From Pristiophorus japonicus (lineage: Eukaryota), in the NCBI RefSeq assembly GCF_044704955.1, contig NC_091999.1, positions 16,864,001 through 16,928,000 on the forward strand: 64,000 nt of DNA, given 5' to 3'. Shown piece by piece: positions 11,064 through 25,170 of this stretch. Numbering within the stretch: the first letter of the stretch is position 1; every line of letters begins with the position of its first letter. Position numbers and translations under genes: made by a program. The notes under the pieces are model-generated. The model made no database searches, was not told the DNA's origin, and saw only the letters and a program-made list of their open reading frames with translations.

Positions 11064-11620
11064 CACTGTGCCATCAAACATTCCCAGGGCAGGTACAGCG
11101 CGAATCTATACAGAGAAAAGCTCCCTTGATTCTGTCCCATCAAACACTCCCAGCTCAGGTATAGCACGATTCGAGAAACAGTAAACGTCCCTCAACACCG
11201 TCACATCAAACACTCCCAGGGCAGGTACAGCACGGTTTAGATAGAGAGTAAAGCTTGCTCTACACCGTCCCATCAAACTCTCCCAGGGCAAGTACAGCAC
11301 TGGTCTATACAGAGTAAAGCTCCCTCCACACCGTCCCATCAAACTCTCCCAGGGCAAGTACAGCACTGGTCTATACAGAGTAAAGCTCCCTCCACACTGT
11401 CCCAGCAAACACTCCCAGGGCAGATATAGCATGTGTTAGCTACAGAGTAAAGCCCGCTCTACACTGTCCCATTAAACTCTCTCAAGGCAGGTACATCACT
11501 GGTCTATGCAGAGCAAAGCTACCTCGAAACCGTCCCATCAATCACTTCCAGGGCAGGTACTGCACGGGGTTAGATGCAGAGTAAAGTTCCCTTTACAGAG
11601 TCCCATCAAACACTCAGGAT
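11064..11620 (+). repeat. 67-bp minisatellite
   Basis: About 8 tandem units. Confidence 0.9.
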
Positions 11621-11699
11621 CTTTGAGTTCACACGACATATTTTATTATAAAACTGCCTCTCCGCACACCCACCAATTTGGTTTGAAGCCTGGAAATAG

Positions 11700-13290
11700 A
11701 CCTTAGGGAACATTTTTGGTAGACATTGACTTCTTATTGTGAGGTGAAGATAATGAGGCATTCTTTAGAGGCAAGGCAGAAGGTGTGGATAGCAGAGAGA
11801 GGCAGAGAGGGAGGGAATACAGGGAATTGTCACGAATAAATTTGAGCTGTCACTAAATACGTTGACTAGCATCTTTCCCATTCTGACTGTGGATATCATT
11901 ATTGATTTGTTCACCAATACGTGAAAGAAATATCTGAAACATCAATTGTTGCTGGTATCCGTTGAGACATTAACATTTCTCTCTCTGTTTATTTCTATTC
12001 TGTATTGATGAGGAAACATTGTTTGTGTTTCTGTCGTTCAATATTCTAATCTGGGATTTCTATTTCTGTGTTTATTTACATAAACATCTCACTGGTTTCC
12101 ATGAAGTGTGTTCATGGCAGCAAAAGCAGATCCACAAAGTCACTTACTGATTCGTTTTAACTAACAGCACGGGTTTATTTTATGAATATTGATAGGTGGT
12201 ACAAAGAAATGGAAATATATCCAGCAGTGACATCGGTTTTTGGTTTGTTCAACTAGAAGAGATGTGATTTTTATCAAAGGGAAAATATTAAAATTAAAAA
12301 TTCATTTCTGAAAATTCTGCTACCAAAGTCAGTGGAACTTCTCTGAACAGATCAGTGATTCACTGGATGTCCATTTAGCGTAAGATTCCAGCCATTTAAA
12401 CTAAAGAAGTTAGAACAGCGACAAAAAGGAATGAAGCATTGCAACGTGTATTTTAAATGTTGACATTTAGAAATAACTTTCACGACTTTCACATCCTCGG
12501 AATGTCCAAAAGCACTTTACAATGAAGTACGTTTGAAGTGTAGTCACTGTTGTAATGTAGGAAACGTGGAGTCAAATTGCGCACAGCAAGCTCCCGCAAA
12601 CGTAATGTGATAATAACCACAGAATCTGTTCTTTAGTGATGCTGGTTAATGGATAAATATGTGTAATGGACACCGGGTTGAACTGCCCTGCTATTTAAAA
12701 TAGTGCCATTCAATCTCTTACATCCAACTGTGAGGGGAGACTCAGCAGATGTAACGTCTTATCCGAAACACTGCACCACTGTCAATATAGCGCCCCCCCT
12801 TCCCCTTCGGTACTGGTACCGGGCGTGCCAGCCGAGATTATGTGCTCAGTCTCTGGAGAGGGGTTTGAACGCACAGCCTTCTCAGTCAGAGGCTAGATAG
12901 ATCCCATTGTACCTGGGCTTTCGCACATCACAGCTTTATTTTTTAGATGTTGTCATTTAGTTCAGAGTGTCCAAAGTTCAGTGCCTGAGACGAGTCTTAC
13001 ACAGTCGGTTTAATTCCTGTGAATAATGCTCTTATCTTGCCTGGGATGATATTCTGGCACTGTTGTAAAGTGGGATTTCCATATCAAATCTTAGGAACTC
13101 CGCATCTGGGATGTTCATGAGATGCATCAGTAGAGCAGCTGGAAACTGGGACGGTGCTCCTTAGATCCGAGAATGTTAAGGGCGATTTAATAGAGGCGAT
13201 CAAAATTATGAGGAGTTTTAATCGAGTAAATAGTTATGAACCATTTCCACTTGTAGGATGTTCAGTAACCACAAGCCAGAGATTTAAAAT
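11700..13290 (+). repeat. Segmental-duplication unit, divergent partial copy 0
   Basis: Homologous to ~23250-24840 (shared TCTATTTCTGTGTTTATTTACATAAAC...TTCATGGCAGCAAAA block, SINE and following sequence). Confidence 0.8.
12475..12920 (-). mobile_element. tRNA-headed DeuSINE (SacSINE1/AmnSINE-like); paralogous copies at ~24025-24480, ~40545-40985, ~50880-51160 (truncated) and ~59640-60090
   Basis: Deu-domain-like GAAGTGTAGTCACTGTTGTAATGTAGGAAAC...GCACAGCAAG; B-box-like GTTCAAAC on the minus strand near 12863-12870. Confidence 0.7.
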
Positions 13291-13299
13291 GTTTTACTT

Positions 13300-15505
13300 C
13301 ACTAGACCCTGTCTCTGCTGAGATTACACTAGACCCTGTCCCTGCTTACATCACACTAGACCCTGTCTCTGTGTATATTACACGAGACCCTGTCCCTGTT
13401 TACATTACACTAGACCCTGTCTCTGTTTATATTACACGAGACCCTGTCTCTCTTTATATTACACTAGGCCCTGTTTCTGTTTATATTACACGAGACCCTG
13501 TCTCTCTTTATATTACACTCGACGCTGTCTCTGTTTATATTACACTAGACCCAGTCACTGTTTAGAATACACTCGACACTGTCTCTGATTATATTACACT
13601 AGACCCTATGTCTCTTTATATTATACTAGACATTGCCTCTGTTTATTGTAAAGCAGGCCCTGTTTCTGTTTATATTGCACTAGAACATGTCTCTGTTTAT
13701 ATTACACTAGACCCTGTCTCCGTTTATATTACACTAGATCCTGTCTCTGTTTACATTACACTCGACTCTGTCGCTGTTTATATTAACATAGACCCTGTCT
13801 CTGTTTACATTACACTAGACCCTGTCTCAGTTTATATTACACTAGATCCTGTCTCTGTTTATATTACACTCGACCCTGTCTCTGTTTACATTACACTCGA
13901 CCCTGTCTCAGTTTATATTACACTAGATCCTGTCTCAGTTTATATTGCACGACCCTATCTCTGTTTATATTAAACTAGACCCTGTCATTGTTTATGTTAC
14001 ACTCGTCCATATCTCACTTTATATTACACTGGAACCTATCTCTTTATATGTTACACAGGAGCCTATCACTGTTTATCTTGCACTAGACCCAGTCTCTATT
14101 TAAATCACTCTAGACGCTGGCTCAGTTATTAATCTGTTGCAACTTATATCTGCTTATATTTGGCCTTAGATTTCACATGGAATATTATGGACAATTTTGG
14201 GCACCACATTTCCATAACGATGTACAGACACTAGAAAGGGTACGGAAGAGGTTTAACGTGTTGTTACCAGGGATGAGAGGCTTCAATTAGAGCGTTCAAA
14301 AGTTAGAACTTTTCTCCTTGTAACAGAGAAGTTTAATTAGCGACCTAATAGATGTCTTCAACATGCTAACTTGTTTTTATAATGTAGAGGAGATATAAGG
14401 GGACATGTCTTCACCGAGAGGGTGGTGGGTGTCTGAAACGCACTGCATGAAATATTGATTGAGGCAGGAATCCTCACCATATTTAAACGATACTTGGATG
14501 TTCAATTAACGTGTCGTAACCTACAGGCTACAGAACATGAGCTCGAAAGTGGAATTAGGCAGGATAGCTCTTGGTCGGCTGGCGCTGTACAAAGGACTGA
14601 AATGGCTTCCTTCCGTACTGTAAATTTCTAAGATTCTATGATATAGTGTATCGGCTCTCACTAAGCAGAGGTCCTATATTTAAAAGCATTAGCAGGAGAA
14701 GAGCAGAATTTGTTTTCACTCAGAGCCAGCAGAGGCGTGATGGAACGAATGGCTTTCTTTATGCCATAATTGTCTGTGACACTATGAAATCACAGCAGAT
14801 TGTTTCTCAGTTATTACTCCACTACACTATGTCTCTGTTTATATTACACTAGACCCTGTCACTATTAATATTACATTAGCCCTCTCTCTGTTTATATCAC
14901 ACTCGATACTGTCACTGTTTATATTGCACCAGACGCTGGTTCTGTTTATATTGCACTATACCCTATCTCTGTTTATATTACACTAGACCCTGTCTCTGCT
15001 TATTCTACACTAGACCCTCTCTCTGTATATAATATACTAGACCCTAACTCTATTTATATATCATGTCTCTGTATACATTACATTAGACCCTATCTCTGTT
15101 TATATTACACTAGACCGTGTCTCTATTTATATCAGACTAGACCATGTCTCTGTTTATATTACACTAGATCGTGTCTCTATTTATATCAGGCTAGACCATG
15201 TCTCTGTTTATATTATCCTAAACCATGTCTCGTTATATATTACACTAGACCCTGTCTCTATTTATATTACACTAGACTCTGTATCTGTTATATTAGACGA
15301 GACCATCTGTCTTTATATATTACACGAGACCCTGTCTCTGTTTATTATACACCAGATCCTGTCTGTGTTTATATTGCACTAGATCCTGTCTCGGTTTATA
15401 TTACACTGGACCCTGTTTCTGTTTATATTACACGAGACATTGTCACCGTTTAATTTACCCAATACGCTATCTCTGTTTTAATTACACGAGATCCTGTCCC
15501 GATTT
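13300..15505 (+). repeat. 27-bp minisatellite arrays (13300-14130 and 14805-15505) flanking an old CR1 fragment (~14180-14640)
   Basis: Direct periodicity; ATTCTATG tail near 14633. Confidence 0.88.
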
Positions 15506-15509
15506 TATA

Positions 15510-16925
15510 AAGGAGAAAGGCAAAAATTGGAAACTATAGACAAGTTAGCCTAACATCTGTCGTTGGGAAAATGCTGGACTCCATTATTAAGGAAGCAGTA
15601 GCGGGATATTTGGATATGCATAATTAAATCAAGCAAAGGTTTTATTAAAAAGAACTCATGTTTGACAAATTTGCTTGTGTTTGTTGAGGATGTAACGATC
15701 AGGGTGGATAATGGAGAACCAGTGGATGTGGTATATGTGGATTTCCAATCGATTAGGTGCCACACAAAAGGTCCCTGCACAAGATAAAAGTTCACGGGGT
15801 TGGGGCTAATGTATTAGCATGGATAGAGCTTTGGCTAACTGACAGAAAACAGAGAGTCGGGATAAATGTGTCATTTTCCGGTTGGCAAACAGTGACTAGT
15901 GTGGTGCCGCAAGGATCGGTGCTGTGTCCTCAAATTTTACAATCTATGTTAATGACATGGATGAAGGGACAGCGTGTAATGTAGCCAAGTTTGCTGATGA
16001 TAAAAAGATTGACAGAAAGCAAATTGTGAGGAGGACACAAAATAGCTGCAAAGGGACATAGACAGGCTAAATGAGTGTGCAAAAATTTGGCAGATGGAGT
16101 ATAATGTGGGAAAATGTGAGGTTATCCACTTTGGCAGAAAAAGTAGAAAAGCAAATTTGAATTTAAATGGAAAAAATTGCAAAGTGCTGCAAGACAGAGA
16201 GACCTGTATGTCCTTGTGCATGAAACACAAAAAGTTAGTTTGCAGGTGCTACAATTAATCAGGAAGGCAAATGGAATTCTTGCCTTTATTGCAAGGGGGA
16301 AAAAGTATAAAAGCAAAGAAGGCTCGTACGTGGTATTGGTGAGGCCACACCTGGTGCACTGCGTACATTTTTGGTCTCCATATTTAAGAAAGGATATACG
16401 TGCATTGGAGGCTGTTGAGAGAAGGCTCACTAAGTTGATTCCGGACATGAGGGGGATGAATTATGAAGATAAGTTGACTATATTGGACCTATACGTATTG
16501 GGGTTAAGAACAATGAGAGGGGATCTTATCGAAACGTATAAGGTAATGTGGGGCTCGCAAGGTGGATGCCGAGAGTATATTTGCACTCATCAGGGAAAAT
16601 AAAACTTGGGGACATAGTCCTAGAATAAGGAGCTGCCCATTTTAAACTGAGATGAGGAGGAATTTCTTCCCTCAGAGGATTGTAAATCTGTGGAATTCGC
16701 TGTCCTAGCGAGCTGTGGAGGCCGGGTCATTGAATACATTTAAGGCGGAGATACACATATTTTTGAGTGATAAGGGAATGAATGGTTATGGGAGCGGGCA
16801 GGGAAATAGAGCTCAGTCTATGATCAGATCAGCTATGATGTCGTTAAATGATGGAGCAGGCTCGAAGGGCCAGCTAGCCTGAACCTGCTCCTATTTCTTA
16901 TGTGCTTATGTTCCTACGATTCTAT
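15510..16925 (+). mobile_element. CR1 LINE, RT domain to 3' tail, disrupted
   Basis: VPQGSVL, KFADD, LVRPHL and RGDLIE motifs; TTCTTATG/TTCTATG tail. Confidence 0.92.
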
Positions 16926-17189
16926 GAAAATGTTTATACTGGCAGGAGGGCCATTATCTAGAGGGCACAGCTATTACTGCACAAGACCATGTATCAGTTA
17001 ATATTACACTAGGCACTGTCTCTGTTTATATTGCATGAGGCCATATCTCTCCTTATATTATACTAGATCCTCTCTCGGTTTAAGTTATTTTGACCTGCCT
17101 CTGTTTCTATTAAACTCGATCCTGTCTCTGTTTATCTTGCAGTAGATCCTGTCTCTGCTTATATTACACCATGTCTCTGTTTATATTAC

Positions 17190-18927
17190 ATGGGGCCCTT
17201 CACAGTGGAAGACACAAAAGTCACAGTGGAAGACACAAAAACCATCCCAAAAATTGCTGGTCACGGGAATGTGGGAAGGGAGGACCTTGAGACAATCACT
17301 ATCATGAGGGGAGTAGTGCTGGACAGGCTAATGGATCTCAAGGTAGACACGTCCACTGGTCCTGATGAAATACATCCCAGGGTATTAAAAGAGATGGCGG
17401 ATGTTATAGCAGATGCATTCGTTAAAATCTACCAAAATTCTCTGGACTATGGGGAGGTACCATCGGATTTGAAAGCAGCTAATGTAACGCTTCTGTTTTA
17501 AAAAGGGGGCAGACAAAAGGCAGGTAACTATAGGCCGGTTAGTTTAACATCTGTAGTGGGGAAAATGCTTGAAGCTAACATTAAGGAAGAAATAGCGGGA
17601 CATCTAGATAGGAATAGTGCAATCAAGCAGACGCAATATGGATTCAGGAAGAGGAAATGAAGTTTAACTAATTTACTGGAATTCTTTGAGGATATAACGA
17701 GCATGGTGGATAGAGGTGTACCGATGGATGTGGTGTATTTACATTTCCAAAAGGCATTCGATAAGGTACCACACAAAAGGTTACTGCAGAATATAATGGT
17801 AGACAGAGTCAGAGGAAATGTATTTGCATGGATTGAGAATTGGAAGGCTGGCAGAAAGCAGAGAGTCGGGATAAATGGATCCTTTTTGGGTTGGAAATCG
17901 ATGGTTAGTGTTGTGCCACAGGATCGGTGCTGCGACAACAACTGTGTACAATATACATAGATGACCTGAAAAAGGGGACAGACTGTAGTGTAACAACATT
18001 TGCAGATGACACAAAGATTAGTAGGAAAGCGGGTTGTGTATAGGACACAGGGATGCTGCAAAGAGATTTAGATAGGTTAAGCGAATGGGCTCAGGTTTGG
18101 CAGATGGATTACAATGTCGGAAAATGTGAGGTCATCCACCTTGAAAAAAAAACAGTAAAAGGGAATATTATTTGAAAGGGGAGAAATTACAACATGCTGC
18201 GGTGCAGAGGGACCTGGGGGTCCTTGTGCATGAATCCCAAAAAGTTAGTTTGCATTTGCAGTAGCATTCAGGAAGGCGAATGGAATGTTGGCCTTCATTG
18301 CGAGAGGGATGGAGTACAAAAGCAGGGAGGTCCTGCTGAAACTTAACAGGGTATTGGTGAGGCCGCACCTGGAGTACTGCATGCAGTTTTGGTCACCTTA
18401 CTTAAGGAAGGATATACTAGCTTTGGAGGGTTACAGAGACGATTCACTAGGCTGATTCCGGAGATGAGGGGGTTACCTTATGAAGATAGATTGAGTAGAC
18501 TGCGTCTTTACTCATTGGAGTTCAGAAGGATGAGTGGTGATCTTATAGAAACATTTAAAATAATGAAAGTGATAGACAAGATAGAGGCAGAGAGGTTGTT
18601 TCCACTGGTCGGGGGGACCAGAACTAGGGGGCACAGCCTCAAAATACAGGGGAGCCAATTTCAAACCGAGTTGAGAAGGAATTTCTTCTCCCAGAGGGTT
18701 GTGAATCTGTGGAATTCTCTACCCAGGGAAGCAGTTGAGGCTAGCTCATTGAATGTATACAAGTCACAGATAGATTTTTAACCAATAAGGGAATTAATGG
18801 TTATGGGGAGCGGGCGGGTAAGTGGAGCTGAGTCCACGGCCAAATCAGCCATGATCTTGTTGAGTGGCTGAGCAGGCTCGAGGGGCTTTATGGCCTACTC
18901 CTGTTCCTAATTCTTATGTTCTTATGA
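17190..18927 (+). mobile_element. CR1 LINE, RT domain to 3' tail
   Basis: GPDEIHPRVLKE, FQKAFDKVPH, FADD and FFSQRVVNLWNSLP; (TTCTTATG)2 tail. Confidence 0.93.
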
Positions 18928-18929
18928 AC

Positions 18930-20167
18930 ACTACACCCTGTCTCTGTTTATGTTACACTAGGCCCTGTCTCTGTTTACAGTACACTCGACCATGTCCTTT
19001 TTCATATTACACTCGAATCTGTCTCTGCTTATATTAAATTAGACCCTGTCTTTGGTTAAAGGCCTCTAGGCCCTGACTCAGTTATCATTCTGCTAAACCA
19101 TGTTTCCCTTTACATTACATTCAATGGTATCTCTGTCTATATAAAGTACGGCCCTGTCTTATTTATTCCTGCACTAGATCCTGCCTTTTTTTATATATTA
19201 CTCTAGCCCATGTCTCTGTTTATATTACATTAGACCCTGTCTATGTTTATATATTAGACTAGACCTGTCTCTATTTATATTACAATAGGCCCTGCCTATA
19301 TTTATATTACACAGACCCTGTCTCTGTTTATATTGCACTCGACCCTCTTGCTGTTTAAATTACAGTGGACGTTGTCACTGTTTATATCATACCAGACGCT
19401 GTTACTGTTTATATTGCACTAGATCCTGTCCCCATCTAAAAAAGCAGTAAACTATAGGCGAGTTTGTCTAAAATCTGTCGTTGGGAAAATGCTGGAGTCT
19501 AAGTATCAGTACCGGGACAATTACAAAAGCATAATTCAATCAGACAGTGTCTGCATGGTTTTATGAAAGGGAAATCATGTTTGACAAATTTGATGGATTT
19601 CTTTAAGTAAGGATGCAACGCGCAGGGTGGATGAAGTAGATTGGTAGATTGGCCCTGTCTCTGTTTATATTACACTAGACCACGTCTCTGTTTATATTAC
19701 ACGAGACCCTGTCCCTGTTTATATTACACTCGACCCTGTTGCTGTTTAAATTACACTAGGCCATGTATCTGTTTATATTACACTCGATCCTGTCTCGGTT
19801 TATAATACAATAGACCCTGTCTCAGTTTATATTACAGTAGACCCTGTCTCAGTTTATTTTGCACTAGACCCTGTCCCTGTTTACGTTATGTTAGGCCTGT
19901 CTCTCTTTATGTTCTACTAGACCTTGTCTATTTTCATATTACACTAGACCCTGTCTTTGTTTAAATTACACTAGACCCCGGCCCTGTTTATATTGCACTC
20001 GACCCTGTCTCTGTTTATATCACTCAAGGCCCTGTCCCTGTTTATATTACACTAGACCCTGCTGCTGTTTACATTAAACTAGGCTCTGTCCCTGCTTATA
20101 TTATATTATACCTTGTCTCTCTTTATATTGCACTAGACCCTGTCTATGTAATATTACACTAGACTCT
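18930..20167 (+). repeat. 27-bp minisatellite with a small CR1 fragment (~19435-19640)
   Basis: Direct periodicity. Confidence 0.88.
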
Positions 20168-21159
20168 GTGAGGATGCAATACTTTTTTTGGTTTGAAGTA
20201 TATGTTTAGTTTTGTTAACAGCTATCAAGAGCTGTCTGCAATTTCTGCTTGATTTGGTATTGTTTCGTTAATATTTGTGTTGAGAAGATGTGGTGAATTT
20301 TGTAACAATGTCCAAGAGGTGGACTGGGATTGAGGGACAGGAGTGAATGTGTGCAATAGTGCACTGCACTTTGTACTACTTAGTGGCAATCTGTGTGTTA
20401 AAGGTTACTAATTTGCACGTGTGTTGTCCTGTGCCAATTACTCCAAGTTCTTTAATGTTAAGGATTGTTTTTCCTGCAGTATTTGCTAGTTCGCTGTCAC
20501 GTGACCCACTGATTATGTCAGACAGAGCCTGGAAACTTGACCGAACAGCACCGCCGGATGGGCGGCCGCGTGGTCCTAATATCCACCTGAAAAAATGTTC
20601 TCATCTCGTTAAGATGAACAACTGAAAAGAGCACACACGAAGTTTTTCCGATATGTGTATGTGTATGTGTATGTGTGTGTGTACAAAACACATCATTCAT
20701 TATGTGTGCATTAAACAAAGATAAATGATTAGCTTCAACCATTATTTTTAAGCATTTTATTGTATTCAAAATGCAATTGCATGTCGTTTAATAACTTTAA
20801 AATTTATTGATAACCCATTGTCCTGTATGCTCTTGTATAGGAAGTGATGTCGCACTGACCATTCCGTTACCAAGGTGAGCATGTCTGTCGTTGTATTCAG
20901 TGGGAAAGGCGATTGAATCCCACCGAGTATAATCAGCAGCCCCCCGCTTTATTGTCTAGTGATAAACTCACCGTCACACAGAAGTTCCTGAGATTTATCT
21001 CCACTGTGGATGATTAGTGTAAGTGTTGGTAAAAATGAAAATGCACCTGTACCTGACATGAGGTTAATAAATCTGTAATTGTCTGATGTGTTGTTTCTCT
21101 CGTTACACCAGACCCCGTCGCAGTTTTTACTGCACCAATACCCAGTCTCAGTTTATATG

Positions 21160-22260
21160 GTTGATGTGGTCCACTTCCAAAAGGCGTTAGATAAAGTGTC
21201 TTGATAATATCCTTGCCGGCAAAGTTGAAGCCCATAAAAGAAAAAGAACAGTGGCAGCATGGATATGAAATTGGCTGAGTGACAGAAATCAAGAGTAATG
21301 TTTTTATTTGGACTGGAGGAAGGTACACAGTGGTGTTCCGCAGCGGTAGGTAATTGGAACTCTGCTTATCTTGATTTATATTCATGGCGTAGATGTTGGT
21401 GTACGGGGCACAATTTAAAATGTTCATATCATTCATGGCTTGGAAGCATAGTGAACAGTGAGGAGGATAGTGCAGACTGCAAGAGGACATAGATATTCTG
21501 GTGGAATGGGTGGACACGTGGCAAATGAAACGGAGAACATTTTCAAGTGATACATTTTTGTAGCATGAACGCGGAGAGGGAAAATAAACGAAAGAGTACA
21601 ATTCTAAAAGGTGTGATGAACAGAGAAACCTGGGGGTATGTTTGCACAAATTATCGAAGATGGCAGGAAAGGTTGAGAAATTGTTTTAAAAGCATACGGA
21701 ATCCTGGGCTTCATAAATAGAGTCATAGAATACAAAAGGAAGGAAATTATGATGAACATGTATAAAACATTGGTTAGGCCTCAACTGGAGTATTGTGTCC
21801 AATTCTGGACACCACACTTTAGCAAGGATGTGAAGCTCTTCCAGAGGGGGCAGAAAGGATTTACGTGTTGTTCCAGGGATAAGACACTTCAGTTTTGTGG
21901 ATAGACTGGAGAAGCTGGGATTGTTTGCCCTAGAGCAGAGAAGTTTGAGATCAGATTTGAGAGAGGTGTTCAGAATCATAAGGGGTCGAGACAGAGTAGC
22001 TGGAGAGAAACTGTTCCCATGAGGAAAACGTTTTTACACAGCTAGAGGTTAGGATCTGTAATGCACTGCCTGAAAGGATGGAAGAGGCTGAGTCATTCAT
22101 GGCATTACAAAGGGAATTCGATAAGTACCTCAATTAAGAAAATTCACAGGGCTATGGGAAAGGGCGGGCGAGTGGACTAGCTGAAATACTCTTGCAGAGA
22201 GCGGCACGGGCTATATGGGCCAACTGGCCCTCTTCTGTGCTGTAACCATTCTATGATTCT
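21160..22260 (+). mobile_element. Old CR1-group LINE inside the duplicated unit (paralogues ~37025-37915, ~47610-48750, ~56520-57680)
   Basis: RT and C-terminal remnants; ATTCTATGATTCTAT tail. Confidence 0.85.
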
Positions 22261-22324
22261 ATAATACACCAGAACCTGTCTCAGTTATTATTACACTAGA
22301 CTCTATTCCTGTTTATATTACTCA

Positions 22325-22730
22325 ATTCACCACGTTAAATATTCACTACCTCCACCACCGGCGCACTATGTCTGCAGTGAGTACTATCTACAAGATGCAT
22401 TGCAGCAACTCGCCAAGACTTCTTCGACAGCACTTTCCAAACCTACGACCTCTTCCACCTAGAAGGACAAGGACTCCGGGCTCATGGGAGCACCATACCC
22501 TCCACATAACCCTCCAAATCACACACCATCTTAACTTGGAAAGTTATTACCGATCCTTCATAATCGCTGGGTCAATTTCGTGGAACACCCTCCCTAACAC
22601 TGTGGGAGTACCTTCACCACACGGGCTGCAGCGGTTCAAGGTGGCAGTTCACCACATGCTTTTCAAGGCCAATTAGGGATAGACAATCAATGTTGGCCTT
22701 GCCAGCGACACCCACACGCACATGCCAGCA
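22325..22730 (+). mobile_element. 3' end of a second LINE family (L2/CR1 group); paralogues ~38550-38950, ~48812-49190, ~57745-58150
   Basis: LHHRRT-x-SAV-x-TIYKMHCSNSPR...WN-x-LP translation, typical of a LINE ORF2 C-terminus. Confidence 0.7.
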
Positions 22731-24844
22731 ACCAATAAACAATGTCCCAGTATCAGTACTTACTGCACGAGCCACTACTTCAGTTATTACTGCACTAGAA
22801 ACACTAATATTGTATTAGGCCCTGTTTCAGATATTACTGGAGTATGCCATGCCTTTGTTCCTATTACTGAAGACCCTGTCTCTGCTTATAGTAAATTAGA
22901 CAAAGACACTCTTTATATTACACGAGCCCAATTCTTTCATAATAAACTAGACCATGCCTCTGTTTATATTAAACTAGACCCTGTCTCAGTTATTACTGCA
23001 CTAAGCTATGTAACTTACAGGGCAGGTACAGCATGTGTCAGATACAGAGTAAAGCTGTCTCTACACTGTCCCATCAAAAACGCCCAGAGCTGGGAAAGCA
23101 CGGGTTAGATACTGTTTAAAGATCCCTCCACATTGTCCCATCAAAAACTGCCAGATAATTAAATGCACATGTCACATTTTGGATTAAAGCTCCTTCTGCG
23201 TTTCTGATCAATTTGGTTCGAGGCATATGATTAGGGCTCAAGGAAAACGTTTGTTGGATGTTGACATCTCGTTGTGGGGGAAAGCCAATTATCCATTCTT
23301 GAGAGACAAGACGGAAAGTGGAAATAGGAGAGGGAGAGGATACAGGAAGTCTCCACTGACACATTTGTGATGTCACTATATACGGTGATTAGAATCTTTC
23401 CCCTTTCTGTCTGTGGGGATCATCTTTACTTTATTCACCTATAATTTAGAGAAATGTACCAAAAACAGTTGTTGTTGGAATCTGCTGAGAGATTTGCATT
23501 TCTCCCTATCTTTATTTCTCTGCTGTGTTGATGAGGAAACATTTATTGTCTTTCTGTCGCTCAATACTCTAATCTGAGACTGCTATTTCTGTGTTTATTT
23601 ACATAAACGCCTCACTGGTTCCGATGAAATATTCATGGCAGCAAAATAAGATCAACAGACTCACTTATTGATTCTTTTCAACTCAAAACAAGGGCTTATT
23701 TTAAGAATATTGACAGTTGGTACACAAAAATATACATATCTCGAACAGTGACGTTGGCTTTAGTTTTGTTCAATTAGAACAGATGTGATTTATATCAAAG
23801 GAAATAAATTTAAAAATGAATAATTCAGTTCTGAAAGTTCTGCTGCCAAACTCAGTGGAACATCTCTGAACAGGCTGCTATTCCACTGGATCTCCATTTA
23901 GTGGAATACTTAATCAATTGAAACTTAATAGGTTAAAGCAGTGAGCAGAGGAGTGTCGGCCAATCACAGTAATATCTGAGCTTTTCACATATCACAACAT
24001 GTATTTTCCAATGTTGACATTTAGAAACACCTTGCATTTATATAGCACCTTTAATGACCTCCAGTTGTCCCAAAGTGCTTTACAGCCAATGAATTATTTC
24101 GGAAGTGTGGTCACCGTTGTAATGTAGGAAACGTGGCAGCAAATTTGTGCACAGCAAGATCCCATAAACAGCAATGGAATAATGATCAGGTAATCAATTT
24201 TTCAGATGTTGGCTGAGGGATAAATGTTTCTGCTGGAAACCCTGGAGAACTCCTCTGCTCTTTAACATAGTGCCATGAGTCCTTTAAATCCACCTGAGTG
24301 GGAAGACGGGGCCTCAGTTTAATATCTGCCACGAAAGACAGCACCTCTGATCATGCAGCACTCCCAAAGTACTGACATCAGGCGTGTCGGTTTAGATTAT
24401 GGGCTCAGATGTCTCGAGCGGGGTTTGGTATCTGTGTCCTTCTGAGTCAGAGGCGAGAGAGATCCTGCTGAGCCGAGTCTTGAACATATCACCGCTTGTA
24501 TTTTAAAATGCTGCCATTCAGCTCATCATGTCTGAGGTTCAAGGTCTGAGCCCAGTCTTACACCGCTCCGTTTATCATCAGGCGCGAGTTCTCTTATCTT
24601 GCCTGAGATGTCATTACCACACTGTGATTTCCACTGGGTCCGTAAACAAGTGTCAGTGATTCCGCAGCGAACATTTGAAGTGCTCGAGGCAGAAGGACCC
24701 ACGGAACTTGATATTTACATTGTGTGAGCTGCACCATCAGAGCAGCTGGAAGCTGGAACTGTTCTCCTTAGAGCCGAGCAAGTTCTGGGCCACTTAATAG
24801 AGCTGTTCAAAATCATGAAAAGTTTTGATCGGGTAAATTGGAAG

Positions 24845-25170
24845 ATACACCATCATTCCCTCCGATCATCCCTCCCATCCTCCACCCGTCTCTCCTTCCC
24901 TCCATCCCTTCATCCCTCCCTCTCTCTATCCCGCCCACCCGCCATACCTGCCTCCATCAATTGCTCCCTCCCTGGACCCACCTCTCCCTCCCTCCAGCCG
25001 GACTCCACCCGTCTAATACACTACACCTCCCTTGCTCCACTCCTCCATTCCTCCATCGCCCCCTCGATCAATTGCTCACTCCGTGCACCCATTCCTACCT
25101 CCGTCCATCCCGCCACCCCTCCACCTCTCCATCCATCCCTTGTTCCATTCCTAACTCCCTCCCTCCCTCT
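24845..25170 (+). repeat. Degenerate (CCCT/CCAT)n polypyrimidine tract; paralogues ~41360-41615 and ~60460-60730
   Basis: Strong C/T strand bias read directly. Confidence 0.85.

Noticed and set aside
20841-20880. 34-nt plus-strand micro-exon (TAG|...CAAG|GTGAG) in the unit
   Set aside because: The acceptor AG is lost in copy 4, the length differs in copy 2, and the donor is weak in the others; it is better explained by the CRE decamer it contains.
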